This document shows positions 49,021-57,870 of a DNA stretch of 64,000 nucleotides, one piece after another. Positions within the stretch are counted from its first letter, which is position 1. Each line of letters begins with the position of its first letter. Location of the stretch: positions 295,669-359,668 of the forward strand of contig CANNBJ010000004.1 in assembly GCA_947502835.1 (NCBI GenBank), read 5' to 3'. This stretch comes from Bdellovibrionales bacterium (GTDB lineage Bacteria > Bdellovibrionota > UBA1018 > CAIMNF01). The translations under genes were made by a program, and so were the position numbers. The notes below the pieces were generated by a model. It was not told the DNA's origin, ran no database searches, and was given only the letters and a program-made list of their open reading frames with translations.

Positions 49021-49074
49021 TGGGATAACCTACCTAAATCTAAATGCCATGCCCACTCAAAGAGGCCAGTTTGA

Positions 49075-49449
49075 TCACTGCTGACCTGAACCCGTGGCCT
49101 CAAGTTTCGCCCGTTCGTCGAGGATTGCATTGAGTTTGCTCTGCGCGATGGCGTCGAACACGATGGAGAGGCCAAAGATTGAAAGCACAACCGCAAGAAG
49201 CGGGTCCGAGTCCGAATCCTTTCCTGTGATGGTTGCGATTTCCTCGGCCTTTTTGTATTCGTGAAAAATGAAATAGATCCCGCAGGTGAGCAGCGAGAGC
49301 AGGTAGACCTTCCAAAAAGAGTACCGCTCCTCTTTGAGCAGATAGTTCAGGGTCTGAATCTGTTTTCTTTGCACGATCAAGTTCCAAAGTCCGCACAAAA
49401 GAATGGTCAGGATCAGGTCAAGGGCGATGTTTCTGGGGGCTGGTCTCAT
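49075..49449 (-). CDS. small membrane protein (DUF4234-like), unknown function
   Basis: 124 aa with three hydrophobic helices. Confidence 0.45.
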   Translation of the reverse strand: MRPAPRNIALDLILTILLCGLWNLIVQRKQIQTLNYLLKEERYSFWKVYLLSLLTCGIYFIFHEYKKAEEIATITGKDSDSDPLLAVVLSIFGLSIVFDAIAQSKLNAILDERAKLEATGSGQQ

Positions 49450-49499
49450 GAAACCTTTATTTCACGAGACGGACCGGGTTGGAAGCCCAAGTTTGAACA

Positions 49500-50489
49500 T
49501 CAGAGCTGCCTGATCCAAAGCAAATTGCGATCAAAAACAAGGGTGTTGCAGTGTCCGGCAAGCTTCGCTTTTCCGCAAAATGAAACTTGGGTTCCGGCCT
49601 CTCTCATCATGAGCGCATCATTCGCGCCATCACCCACCGTAAGGGTTTCCTCTGCTCTGGCGGAGTAGGAGGATTTCAGATTTGCCGCAAGTTTCTGTTT
49701 GTAGGCGGCATCCACAATGGGTCCATCGAGCTCGCCCGTGAAGCACTCGAGATCATCCGTCACGAGATGGTTGCCAAACACCTGGTCGATCAACAGCTGT
49801 TTTTGAAAATGCTTCAGAATAAACTCGAACCCGCCGCTCAGAACCGCAGTCCTCACTCCGGCGGAACGGAATCCTGCAATCAAGGCTTCGCCCCCGGGAC
49901 TCAGCGTGAGCCGTGGAATGATGGCCTCGGCGCGAGCTTTTGGCATGCCGTAAAACAATTTCACCCGTCGCCTGAGTGCTGCTTCAAAATCCATCTTGCC
50001 CTGCATGGCCTCTTCCGTGATGGCCGCCACTTCGGCAAAAAATCCGGCTTCGCGCGCGATTTCATCAATGACCTCTTCATTGATGAGCGTGCTGTCCATG
50101 TCAAAGCAGGCAAGTGTTTTTGCGGCCTTTGCCACGGATTCCGGACGAAGCGACACGAGCTCGGGTCTGGGTGCCGGTTGCGAGCCCGCCAGAATCTCGC
50201 TCCAAAGCGATTCCCGAAGAAGGGCAAACGCATTCAAACGATTGGATTCAAGGGCCGCACGGGGCGGGGGAGCAATTTCGAAATCAAGCCGGAGCGCCTC
50301 TTTTGGCTCAAAACAAAATGAGGTTTTCATCCGGGTGAACGATTCAATGACCGGAAGTCCGGCCTCCATGAGGTGTTGGTTTACCCAGGCAAATAGGCCC
50401 TCCAGCTCCTTTTGGGGGATGACGGGAGTGATCCAGGTCAGAAGATGGGACTCGGCGGTGCTTGGATTCATGATTGCCTTCGGCCCCAA
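49500..50489 (-). CDS. serB: phosphoserine phosphatase (HAD superfamily) with an N-terminal regulatory domain
   Basis: HAD motif I FDMDSTLI. Motif III/IV GDGANDALMMREAG. Confidence 0.75.
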   Translation of the reverse strand: MGPKAIMNPSTAESHLLTWITPVIPQKELEGLFAWVNQHLMEAGLPVIESFTRMKTSFCFEPKEALRLDFEIAPPPRAALESNRLNAFALLRESLWSEILAGSQPAPRPELVSLRPESVAKAAKTLACFDMDSTLINEEVIDEIAREAGFFAEVAAITEEAMQGKMDFEAALRRRVKLFYGMPKARAEAIIPRLTLSPGGEALIAGFRSAGVRTAVLSGGFEFILKHFQKQLLIDQVFGNHLVTDDLECFTGELDGPIVDAAYKQKLAANLKSSYSARAEETLTVGDGANDALMMREAGTQVSFCGKAKLAGHCNTLVFDRNLLWIRQL

Positions 50490-50548
50490 GTGTTTCAGAC
50501 TAAAACAGTCCTTGGCAAGCGGGTTCTGCGTTGGTACCCATTGAAATC

Positions 50549-51850
50549 ATGGCGATTTCCACCGAACCCTACAAGGGCACCCGCGATTTTTACCCCAAAG
50601 ACATGCAATTCCGGAACTGGATGTTTGGAAAGCTCTCCGAAGCGGCGCGCTCGTTTGGCTACCTCGAGTACGGCGGACCCATGATCGAGAGTTTTGATCT
50701 CTATGCCGCAAAGTCAGGCGAAGAGCTCGTTAGCCAGCAGCTCTATCATTTTGTCGATCGGGGGGATCGCAAGGTTGCCGTGCGTCCCGAAATGACGCCC
50801 ACGATGGCGCGTCTGGTGGCGGCAAGAATCCATGAGCTCCCGCGGCCCATCCGGCTTTTCAGCATTCCGAATCTCTGGCGTTATGAGCGGCCGCAAAAGG
50901 GGCGTCTTCGCGAGCACTGGCAGCTCAATGTCGATGTTTTGGGTGGCGATGCGCTTTTGGCCGAAACCGAATTGCTCACTCTCGCGGTTGAACTCATGCG
51001 AAATTTTGGTGGGGGCGATCGCGTTCAGGTGCGGGTGAATCATCGAAAACTCATGGACGCGTTTTTTCGCGACAAACTGGGTCTTACCCCCGAGCAAGCG
51101 CTTCGAGTGGTGAAGGCGATCGATGCAAAAGACAAGGTCGATGAGGCGAAGTTCCTTTTGTGGCTGACCGAGGCCGGAGTCCGTGAGGATCAGGTGGCCA
51201 CCCTGAAGAAATTCTTTACCTCGAATTTCGACGCGATTGCAGCAGAAATGCCCTGCGAAGGTGCGACTCATCTTATGGAGCTTTTCAAGGCCTTGCGCGA
51301 GTCGGGAGTTTCCGATCGTGTGGTCTTTGATCCGACCATCATGCGGGGGCTTGATTATTACACCGGCACCGTGTTTGAGATTTATGATGTGAGCCCCGAA
51401 AACAGACGTGCGATGTTCGGAGGCGGCAGATATGACAACCTGGTCGGGATGTTCGGCGGCAAGGAATCGCTTTCGGGTGTGGGCTTTGGGATGGGCGATG
51501 TTTCGCTACAGAATTTTTTGGAAGTCCATGGACTCGTGCCGAAGTTTGAAAGTGAGATTGATGTGTTCGTGAGTCTGCCAAAGGCGGAGCTTCGCGCACT
51601 TTCAGAGAAGCTTGCCCGGGATCTTCGTGCTGCGGGACTCAATGTGATGACCCCGCTTCAGGTTTCCGGGTTTGGGGCTCAGCTGAAGATTGCAAACAAA
51701 CACGAGGCAAAAGTGGCGGTGTTGTTTGGCGATTCGGAGCTTGAAAAGGGCGAGGTGGTGCTCAAGGTTCTTACCACGGGCGAGCAGCTGCAGGTGGGGA
51801 TCGATGGGGTTGTTGCGAAAGTAGTCGGAATTTTGGGGCCAAGAACCTGA
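50549..51850 (+). CDS. hisS: histidine--tRNA ligase
   Basis: Class II aaRS motifs: N-terminal KGTRDFYP, FRYERPQKGRLREHWQ, and C-terminal anticodon-binding domain. Alternative start at 50531. Confidence 0.85.
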   Translation: MAISTEPYKGTRDFYPKDMQFRNWMFGKLSEAARSFGYLEYGGPMIESFDLYAAKSGEELVSQQLYHFVDRGDRKVAVRPEMTPTMARLVAARIHELPRPIRLFSIPNLWRYERPQKGRLREHWQLNVDVLGGDALLAETELLTLAVELMRNFGGGDRVQVRVNHRKLMDAFFRDKLGLTPEQALRVVKAIDAKDKVDEAKFLLWLTEAGVREDQVATLKKFFTSNFDAIAAEMPCEGATHLMELFKALRESGVSDRVVFDPTIMRGLDYYTGTVFEIYDVSPENRRAMFGGGRYDNLVGMFGGKESLSGVGFGMGDVSLQNFLEVHGLVPKFESEIDVFVSLPKAELRALSEKLARDLRAAGLNVMTPLQVSGFGAQLKIANKHEAKVAVLFGDSELEKGEVVLKVLTTGEQLQVGIDGVVAKVVGILGPRT

Positions 51851-51856
51851 TCCGTC

Positions 51857-52186
51857 TCAATTCAAAACCTGCACTAAAATAAACGGCTGCACGACGACCG
51901 AAAGAAATGGAAAATCAAAGTTCTTTTCCCAGTGTTCGAGGTTTTGGGTGTTGGGCTTGGTGAGGACCCCATCCTTGATCCAGGTCGTGACCTGGTCCTG
52001 ATCGTTCTTGGCGATCGCAAGCGCCGCATCGAGAAGTGCGGTCTCGGGGGCAACAATGATGATCACATCGCGCGCCAAGTGCTTGCGAAGATCACCCCAA
52101 GCTACGGGGCCAATCGAGGCTTTCAATTCCTCGCGAAGTTTGTCATCGGTTTGCGTGGTCATTTCAGTGGTCGCAATAGATATCAA
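51857..52186 (-). CDS. small hypothetical protein (109 aa)
   Basis: ORF only. Confidence 0.35.
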   Translation of the reverse strand: MISIATTEMTTQTDDKLREELKASIGPVAWGDLRKHLARDVIIIVAPETALLDAALAIAKNDQDQVTTWIKDGVLTKPNTQNLEHWEKNFDFPFLSVVVQPFILVQVLN

Positions 52187-52625
52187 ACGAGAAGCGTTTG
52201 GAGCGCGGCTTGTTTGCCGGGATCGAGAGCGTTGCCTCGCAGCTCATCGGGGAGTTCGGGCTCAGAATGTTTGACTTCCGGAAAACAAGAACTTCGCCGA
52301 AGGTAGGCACCCAGTTTGAATCTTCCAAAACCCAGTCCCGGCCCCAATCCGGCTGCAGAAGTTTTTGCTGTTCTTCCGAGTACGCATCCTTGCATGCCTG
52401 GAACATTCCAGGGTAGGCGTCGCTTTTCGAGCAGTAAATCGGATCGGCTTTGAAGACCTGAAGCTCCCGAAGATAGGCAAGCTTCACGGACGCGCAAAGC
52501 GGGGATTGTTTCTTTAAAAAATCACGGAGGTTCATGGCCTGCGAGCAAAGGGGAGCGGAAAGGGTCAAGGCTCCGAGAATCATCAGGATGGTGTGTGGGC
52601 GAAAAGCGGGACGAAGTGCCTTCAT
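52164..52625 (-). CDS. secreted hypothetical protein (153 aa)
   Basis: Signal peptide MKALRPAFRPHTILMILGALTLSAPLCSQA. Confidence 0.45.
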   Translation of the reverse strand: MKALRPAFRPHTILMILGALTLSAPLCSQAMNLRDFLKKQSPLCASVKLAYLRELQVFKADPIYCSKSDAYPGMFQACKDAYSEEQQKLLQPDWGRDWVLEDSNWVPTFGEVLVFRKSNILSPNSPMSCEATLSIPANKPRSKRFSFDIYCDH

Positions 52626-52736
52626 TCAAGGGCTCCTGTTTCTGCGAAGGTTCTCGGTCTTTTTTTGCAATTTGGCAAGCATCGAATTGAATTCCGGCCA
52701 TTGAAATCCGGGGAAGGTCTGGTAGAGTCGCGGGTC

Positions 52737-53159
52737 ATGAAAACCCTTCACGTTCAAAAACTCGATCCTGCGGCCACGGTTCCGGTACGCGCCTATGAAC
52801 ACGATGCGGGCCTTGATCTGTTTTCGCTTGAGCGCCACACCCTTGCTCCGGGCGAGGGCCGGATCTTCAAAACCGGCATCGCAATCGAGCTTGATCCCGG
52901 CTTTGTGGGCTTGATCTGGGATCGATCCTCGATGGGAAAGAGGGGAATCAAGACCTTGGGCGGTGTGATTGATTCAGGATACCGCGGCGAGGTGGGTGTG
53001 ATTTTGTGGAATCTTTCAAAAGAGCCCCAGGAGATCCAAGCAGGCGATAAAATCGCTCAGCTTTTGATTCAGCCGGTGGCAACGCCCATGACCCGCGAGG
53101 TGGAGCTTCTCTCCAGTTCAGAGCGGGGCAAGGGTGGATTCGGGAGTTCGGGGAAATAA
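52737..53159 (+). CDS. dut: dUTP diphosphatase
   Basis: dUTPase motifs AGLDL, GLIWDRSS, GVIDSGYRGE. Start at internal Met (track 52593). Confidence 0.85.
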   Translation: MKTLHVQKLDPAATVPVRAYEHDAGLDLFSLERHTLAPGEGRIFKTGIAIELDPGFVGLIWDRSSMGKRGIKTLGGVIDSGYRGEVGVILWNLSKEPQEIQAGDKIAQLLIQPVATPMTREVELLSSSERGKGGFGSSGK

Positions 53160-53199
53160 GGTTGATTTGAAAATGAATCCGGAGTGACTCCGGGGAGGT

Positions 53200-53949
53200 T
53201 TGATCATGAAGAGCGGAAAAAAACTTAAGTTTGCTTTGGTGGTGATGACGTCCTTTTGTCTTTTCCAGGGGTCGGCATTCGCCATCGATCAGGTGTTGTT
53301 GACCAACGGACGGCTCGTCGAGGGAACGGTGTTGAATGATGTTCCGAATCGTCATGTGGACATCCGGCTCAGCAATGGACGAACCGAAAGGTTTCAAAAG
53401 AGCGAGGTAGCGCGGGTGGAACGTGATGTTCCTTCCAGCAATGATCGCTCGATGCTCGGGAATGAATCCAAGGGGTGGGCGTCCCTTCTGCTTGGGGGGC
53501 ATGTGAATCCTTCCATGAATGCCGGGGCGGGCATGATGATGGATTTCATGTTCGGTGCGAAGGTCGGGATCAATGCAGCAAGCCTTGATTTTGCAAGACT
53601 CGCATTCGCCTTGAGTTACGATTACACCAGCAGCTCGGCGGCTGCGGGTTTTGTGACTTTGAGTCAGGACTTTCATGACCTCAACGTGCAGGCGCTTCTC
53701 ACTCGAATCGGGGGAAGCGGCTTTTATGCCGGTCCAAACATCGGTCTTGCCATGTTCACCGGGGCGGCCGGTTTCGGCGGTGCAGGCTTTTCGAACATGA
53801 ACAGTTACTTCGAATTCGGGTTCGGAGCGGGATATGAAATCTTTGTCTCGCAGGGGTTTGCGATCGGCCCGGACCTCCGGTACGAGGAGATCACCACGAT
53901 TCAGAGAAGCGCACTCAAGTTCGGGCTCCAGGGCAGCTTCCAGTTCTAG
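53200..53949 (+). CDS. outer-membrane beta-barrel protein
   Basis: Signal peptide MIMKSGKKLKFALVVMTSFCLFQGSAFA. C-terminal ...GLQGSFQF ends in Phe. Confidence 0.6.
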   Translation: MIMKSGKKLKFALVVMTSFCLFQGSAFAIDQVLLTNGRLVEGTVLNDVPNRHVDIRLSNGRTERFQKSEVARVERDVPSSNDRSMLGNESKGWASLLLGGHVNPSMNAGAGMMMDFMFGAKVGINAASLDFARLAFALSYDYTSSSAAAGFVTLSQDFHDLNVQALLTRIGGSGFYAGPNIGLAMFTGAAGFGGAGFSNMNSYFEFGFGAGYEIFVSQGFAIGPDLRYEEITTIQRSALKFGLQGSFQF

Positions 53950-53950
53950 A

Positions 53951-54475
53951 TTAAATCCCAAGGTCGCTCATCACCGAGCGGGCGAGGTCGATGTGAATCT
54001 GCTCCTCTTCTGCGATCTTGCGGAAAAGCTCGCCCGTCACGGGATCTGATTTCATGAGCGTCTCGTGAAATTGTTCTCCGGCAATCCTGCCGCGCTCTTC
54101 GGCGTTCGCCATGAAGATCGCGAACTCCTTGGGAGTTGCACACCGATCAAAGGAATTCCAGAGAGCAAGGCTCTGGGGGCGCTCTGCGGGATCCACGCCA
54201 AGCTCCATCATGCGGGCAAGCAGCCAGTTCAGGTGTTTGGATTCTTCCCGGGCCAGTTCAAGCCACGTGTGTTTCACCGTTTCGGGGAGGCCGGGAAAGG
54301 AATGGGCTGCGAGTCGAAACGCGTTCTCGGCTTGTTTCTCGGCGAACGCGACAAAGCGGAGCCTGTCGCCCAAGCCCTCGGCGGTATTCAGCGATCTCGG
54401 GTAGGGGGCTTTTTCGGTTGGAGGGCAAACGGTGAAGGGAGCCCAGACTATTTTCGCGCTTGAAAACGTTCCCAC
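53951..54475 (-). CDS. ferritin-like (diiron-carboxylate-type) domain protein
   Basis: Helical protein with E...H pairs (EESKHLNWLLARMMELG, EEEQIHIDLARS). Confidence 0.45.
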   Translation of the reverse strand: MGTFSSAKIVWAPFTVCPPTEKAPYPRSLNTAEGLGDRLRFVAFAEKQAENAFRLAAHSFPGLPETVKHTWLELAREESKHLNWLLARMMELGVDPAERPQSLALWNSFDRCATPKEFAIFMANAEERGRIAGEQFHETLMKSDPVTGELFRKIAEEEQIHIDLARSVMSDLGI

Positions 54476-54897
54476 GATCCCCCCATTTTCAAGATGGTTT
54501 CAAACTCGCGTGAGCCCACTTCCATGCAAGAAAGCCGTGATTGTTTCAGCAGCGGGAGGGAGGAGAGGGATTTGGTGGTCTTGATCTCGGCCAGTGTGAC
54601 GGGAGTCTCAAGCTTCAAAACGAACTCGACATCGATCTGGGACCAATCTCCCGGTTTTTCGGGATCAGGGTCCGGGTAGGCCTCCTTGCACACGCGGGCC
54701 ACTCCCACCACGGCGCGATCGTCGTTGCTGTGGTAGATCAGGACAAAATCCCCCTTTTTGCAGGTTCGGAGAACGTTTCGAGCCTGGAAGTTGCGGACAT
54801 GGTCCCAGTTGGTTCTCTTTTCTTCCGCAAATCGGTCGATGGAATAGACGTCGGGCTCGGATTTCAGGAGCCAGAATCGGGATGGGGCTTTTGGCAT
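54448..54897 (-). CDS. EVE (PUA-like) domain protein
   Basis: N-terminus MPKAPSRFWLLKSEPDVYSIDRF...NWDHVRNFQARNVLR...GDFVLIYHS matches the EVE domain pattern. Confidence 0.65.
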   Translation of the reverse strand: MPKAPSRFWLLKSEPDVYSIDRFAEEKRTNWDHVRNFQARNVLRTCKKGDFVLIYHSNDDRAVVGVARVCKEAYPDPDPEKPGDWSQIDVEFVLKLETPVTLAEIKTTKSLSSLPLLKQSRLSCMEVGSREFETILKMGGSWERFQARK

Positions 54898-54962
54898 GGT
54901 CTTTCCTTTATCAAAGAGGGCAGTCTTTGAAAAGACCTCGGATTTGATGGTAGGATCTGCTT

Positions 54963-55958
54963 ATGAACCGTGCTCATGGATGTTTTTCCTCAAAAGGCTT
55001 GGGTGTTCTCTCCGTCATGCTGATCCTGGAGTGCCTGACTGGCTGCATGCGGGGCAGTGGCTATCGAAAAGACCGGGAGTTTTATGACGAATCCCAAGGA
55101 GGGTATTACCAGGACCGGGATGGCTCGGATGCGAAATCCGAGGCTCTGGAGCGGCTGAAAGGGCCGAAAAAAAAGGTGCTTTTGCTCTCGTTTTGGAATG
55201 ACACTCCGGTCGGGGATGAGGGGCTTGGTGCCTTTGTCGCCGCAGAGCTGAAACGGGAGTTCTCGGTGGGAGGACGCATCTTGTTTCCCGAGGACGATCT
55301 TGTGAACACTGTGACGAAGGATTTTGTGGATGGGGACCGTGTGCAAGTATCCCAGTTGGTTCGCGAGGGCAGAAAATACGGAGTTTCCGCCGTGATCCTC
55401 GGACGGATTTCCAAGATCCAGTTCCGGCAAAGCCGCGAGGAGGTGGGGATTCTCCGTTCTGCGGAAAGTTCTGTGGTGGTGGATCTCGAGATGAAGGTGT
55501 TTGATGTGGCGACGGGCCGGGAAGTGGGCACTTACCCGAGGTCAGCGGCGGCCTCGAGTTCCACCCGGATTCTCATCGATGAGGATGCCATGACCAACAA
55601 GGCGGCCCGTGAGGAGCTCGCCAAGGAAGCGCTCTACCAAGCGGCGCAGAAGCTCATTCCGGATGCGGTTCTTGCGCTTGAAAAAATGGAGTGGCAGGGA
55701 CGGATCGCGAAAGTCGCGGGAAACAAGGTTTATATCAATGCAGGAAAGGCATCCGGGATTCTTGCAGGCGATATTTTGAAAGTGCTTTCGACCGGGGAGG
55801 ACATCATCGATCCTGTCACAAAGTCCTTTCTCGGGCACTCGGAGGGATTCCTGAAGGGGACCCTTGAGGTCAGTGATTTCATCGGCACGGACAGTGCGAT
55901 GGCAACAGTCCATACGGGCGGGAATTTTCAAGAAGGCGATGTGGTCCGTTTATATTAA
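54963..55958 (+). CDS. lipoprotein of unknown function
   Basis: Lipobox LILECLTGC. 331 aa. Confidence 0.5.
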   Translation: MNRAHGCFSSKGLGVLSVMLILECLTGCMRGSGYRKDREFYDESQGGYYQDRDGSDAKSEALERLKGPKKKVLLLSFWNDTPVGDEGLGAFVAAELKREFSVGGRILFPEDDLVNTVTKDFVDGDRVQVSQLVREGRKYGVSAVILGRISKIQFRQSREEVGILRSAESSVVVDLEMKVFDVATGREVGTYPRSAAASSSTRILIDEDAMTNKAAREELAKEALYQAAQKLIPDAVLALEKMEWQGRIAKVAGNKVYINAGKASGILAGDILKVLSTGEDIIDPVTKSFLGHSEGFLKGTLEVSDFIGTDSAMATVHTGGNFQEGDVVRLY

Positions 55959-56595
55959 CCGGCACACGCCGGATCATCCTTTTCGTTTTACGGATCTCCT
56001 CAAGCTTCAAGACGAGGTGCTTGAGTCCCTGCGCCCCGGTCGGGAGCGTGCGATCCTGTTTTCGGAGTTGGCGCCCACGCTCACCCTGGGAGCCCGGCAG
56101 ATTCATCTTGGGGATGAGCGCACGGAGTTCCTGAAAACCCTTCCCATCGAGGTGGTGGCAGGGGAGCGGGGTGGCAATGAAACCTGGCATGGTCCCGGCC
56201 AGTGGGTGGGCTTTGTTCTTGCCCCCCTTTTGGAGTTTTCGGGGCACGAGCGCGGGGTGAGGGCTGCCGTCATGAAAATGTTGAGCCTGCTTGAGCCGGT
56301 CGCGAAGATCTATCTTCCGGATGCGGCCATTGAGGACGGCTCGCGTCTGGGGATCTGGTCTTCTCAGGGGAAGGTTGCCTCCATTGGGATCAAGATCCGG
56401 GATGGATACACGAGCAGTGGATTTGCGCTCAATTGCGTGCCGAATCCGGCCGCGTTTTTAGGAATTGATCCGTGCGGGATCGCGAGTGCCCGGCCGGATT
56501 TCCTGTTCCGGGACGCAATCAAGCCCGAAACATGGGAGGAAGAATTCCAGAGGATCCCGGAGCTCATCCGGGAGTCGTTTGAAAAAAACGGATGA
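55939..56595 (+). CDS. lipB: lipoyl(octanoyl) transferase
   Basis: ELAPTLTLGARQ, ERGGNETWHGPGQWVGFVL and NCVPNPAAFLGIDPCGI motifs. Start at internal Met (track 55864). Confidence 0.75.
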   Translation: MWSVYINRHTPDHPFRFTDLLKLQDEVLESLRPGRERAILFSELAPTLTLGARQIHLGDERTEFLKTLPIEVVAGERGGNETWHGPGQWVGFVLAPLLEFSGHERGVRAAVMKMLSLLEPVAKIYLPDAAIEDGSRLGIWSSQGKVASIGIKIRDGYTSSGFALNCVPNPAAFLGIDPCGIASARPDFLFRDAIKPETWEEEFQRIPELIRESFEKNG

Positions 56596-56667
56596 GCTTC
56601 GTTTTTTTAAGTTCATTTTTTTAAACGGGTCTTGTTAAACTGTTTTTCCAAGGAGTGTGAGACCCTG

Positions 56668-56898
56668 ATGTCAAAACCAGTCGAACCAAGACCCCGAAAG
56701 CAAGCCCTGAGCATCCCCGGATACGGACAAGGGATTTGGTGGCTCATGGCCGCATCGGCCTTCGTTCTCTTTGCCTTGTTCGCTCTGGAATCGAACCGCG
56801 CGATTTCCGGCGGGCTGGGGATTGGGCCTCAGGTTGAGGTCGAGCGAATCCCCGCAGAAGAGGCCCGGCGCCTCGGAATTTCCCCGAAGCGCAGATAG
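56668..56898 (+). CDS. small single-TM protein, unknown function
   Basis: MSKPVEPRPRKQALSIPGYGQGIWWLMAASAFVLFALFAL. ORF track lists 56632..56898. Confidence 0.35.
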   Translation: MSKPVEPRPRKQALSIPGYGQGIWWLMAASAFVLFALFALESNRAISGGLGIGPQVEVERIPAEEARRLGISPKRR

Positions 56899-57080
56899 GT
56901 CGGATCGACTCCCTGGAAGTCGGCCTAATCTAGATTAATCAATCATTTCAATCTATTAAGGTGTTTTTTTCTAATCTACGACTAATTAAGTAAACTTTAT
57001 CGCCGAAATACCCGATAAAAATGATACGATACAGGAGGGTGGGGGAGATTCCCCCTCCATCCCATTCGTTGAGAGGGCAA

Positions 57081-57848
57081 ATGAACCAGATGCGGGGCTC
57101 ATGGGTGATTCGGAAACTCAAAAAAGGCATTCCTTTTTTGGTGGTGCTCTTTGCGCCTTTGTCCTGCGGACCGAAGTCCTCCTCCATCACCAAAGAGTGC
57201 ATTCTTCCGGTGGACCAAACCGGAACCATCACGGGGCGATGGACGGCAAAGCCCGTCCCGGTTGCGGTGATCGCAAATGATTTCAATTCCGCCGAGCTCT
57301 CCGCCATCTCTGCTGCGATCTCAACCTGGAATTCGTTTTTCAAGGCATCCAAGGGCTTTTCCCTGTATCTCTCGAATTCCGTGCCTGCCGGAACACAGAC
57401 CTACACGATCGCCACGGTGTGCGGGCAGAATCTTGTTTCGGCAAACGGGTTTATGGGACCGGTTCTGATCCAGAAGGCGCGCTCCGGATGGCCCGAGAAT
57501 TGGAAATCGGCCATGGCTCTGACAAGCACCTGTCCCGTCGCCGTTGCGGGTTCACAGTTCCGGTCCTTCATTTCCGGGGTGCTACAAATCAATTTCCAGC
57601 ATTTTTTCAATAGCGGCCAGCCGATCCCGGATCTCCAAAGCGTGGTCGCTCACGAGCTCGGTCACCTTCTTGGTCTCGATCATTCCTGTTCCGGAAGCGG
57701 TTCGCAGGGGATCCCCAGTTGTTCCGGTGCGGACCCCGAGTACCTCGAGGCGCTCATGTACCCTGCGCTCGGATTTGATGGCAATCAGGGAAGGATCAGT
57801 CGCTCCGTTCAGAAGAATGACCAGGAACGCGCAAATTGCCTTTATTAG
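57081..57848 (+). CDS. metzincin-type zinc metalloprotease lipoprotein
   Basis: Lipobox FAPLSCG. Extended zincin motif HELGHLLGLDHS (HExxHxxGxxH). Confidence 0.65.
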   Translation: MNQMRGSWVIRKLKKGIPFLVVLFAPLSCGPKSSSITKECILPVDQTGTITGRWTAKPVPVAVIANDFNSAELSAISAAISTWNSFFKASKGFSLYLSNSVPAGTQTYTIATVCGQNLVSANGFMGPVLIQKARSGWPENWKSAMALTSTCPVAVAGSQFRSFISGVLQINFQHFFNSGQPIPDLQSVVAHELGHLLGLDHSCSGSGSQGIPSCSGADPEYLEALMYPALGFDGNQGRISRSVQKNDQERANCLY

Positions 57849-57870
57849 TGCCCGATGCTAGCGTCGGGGC

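Noticed and set aside
48801-49196. ORFs 48801..49196 (-) and 48818..49084 (+) in the six-frame track
   Set aside because: Both are read through the palindromic element. They give mirror-image peptides (GLFEWAW) on opposite strands, an artefact of the inverted repeat rather than genes.
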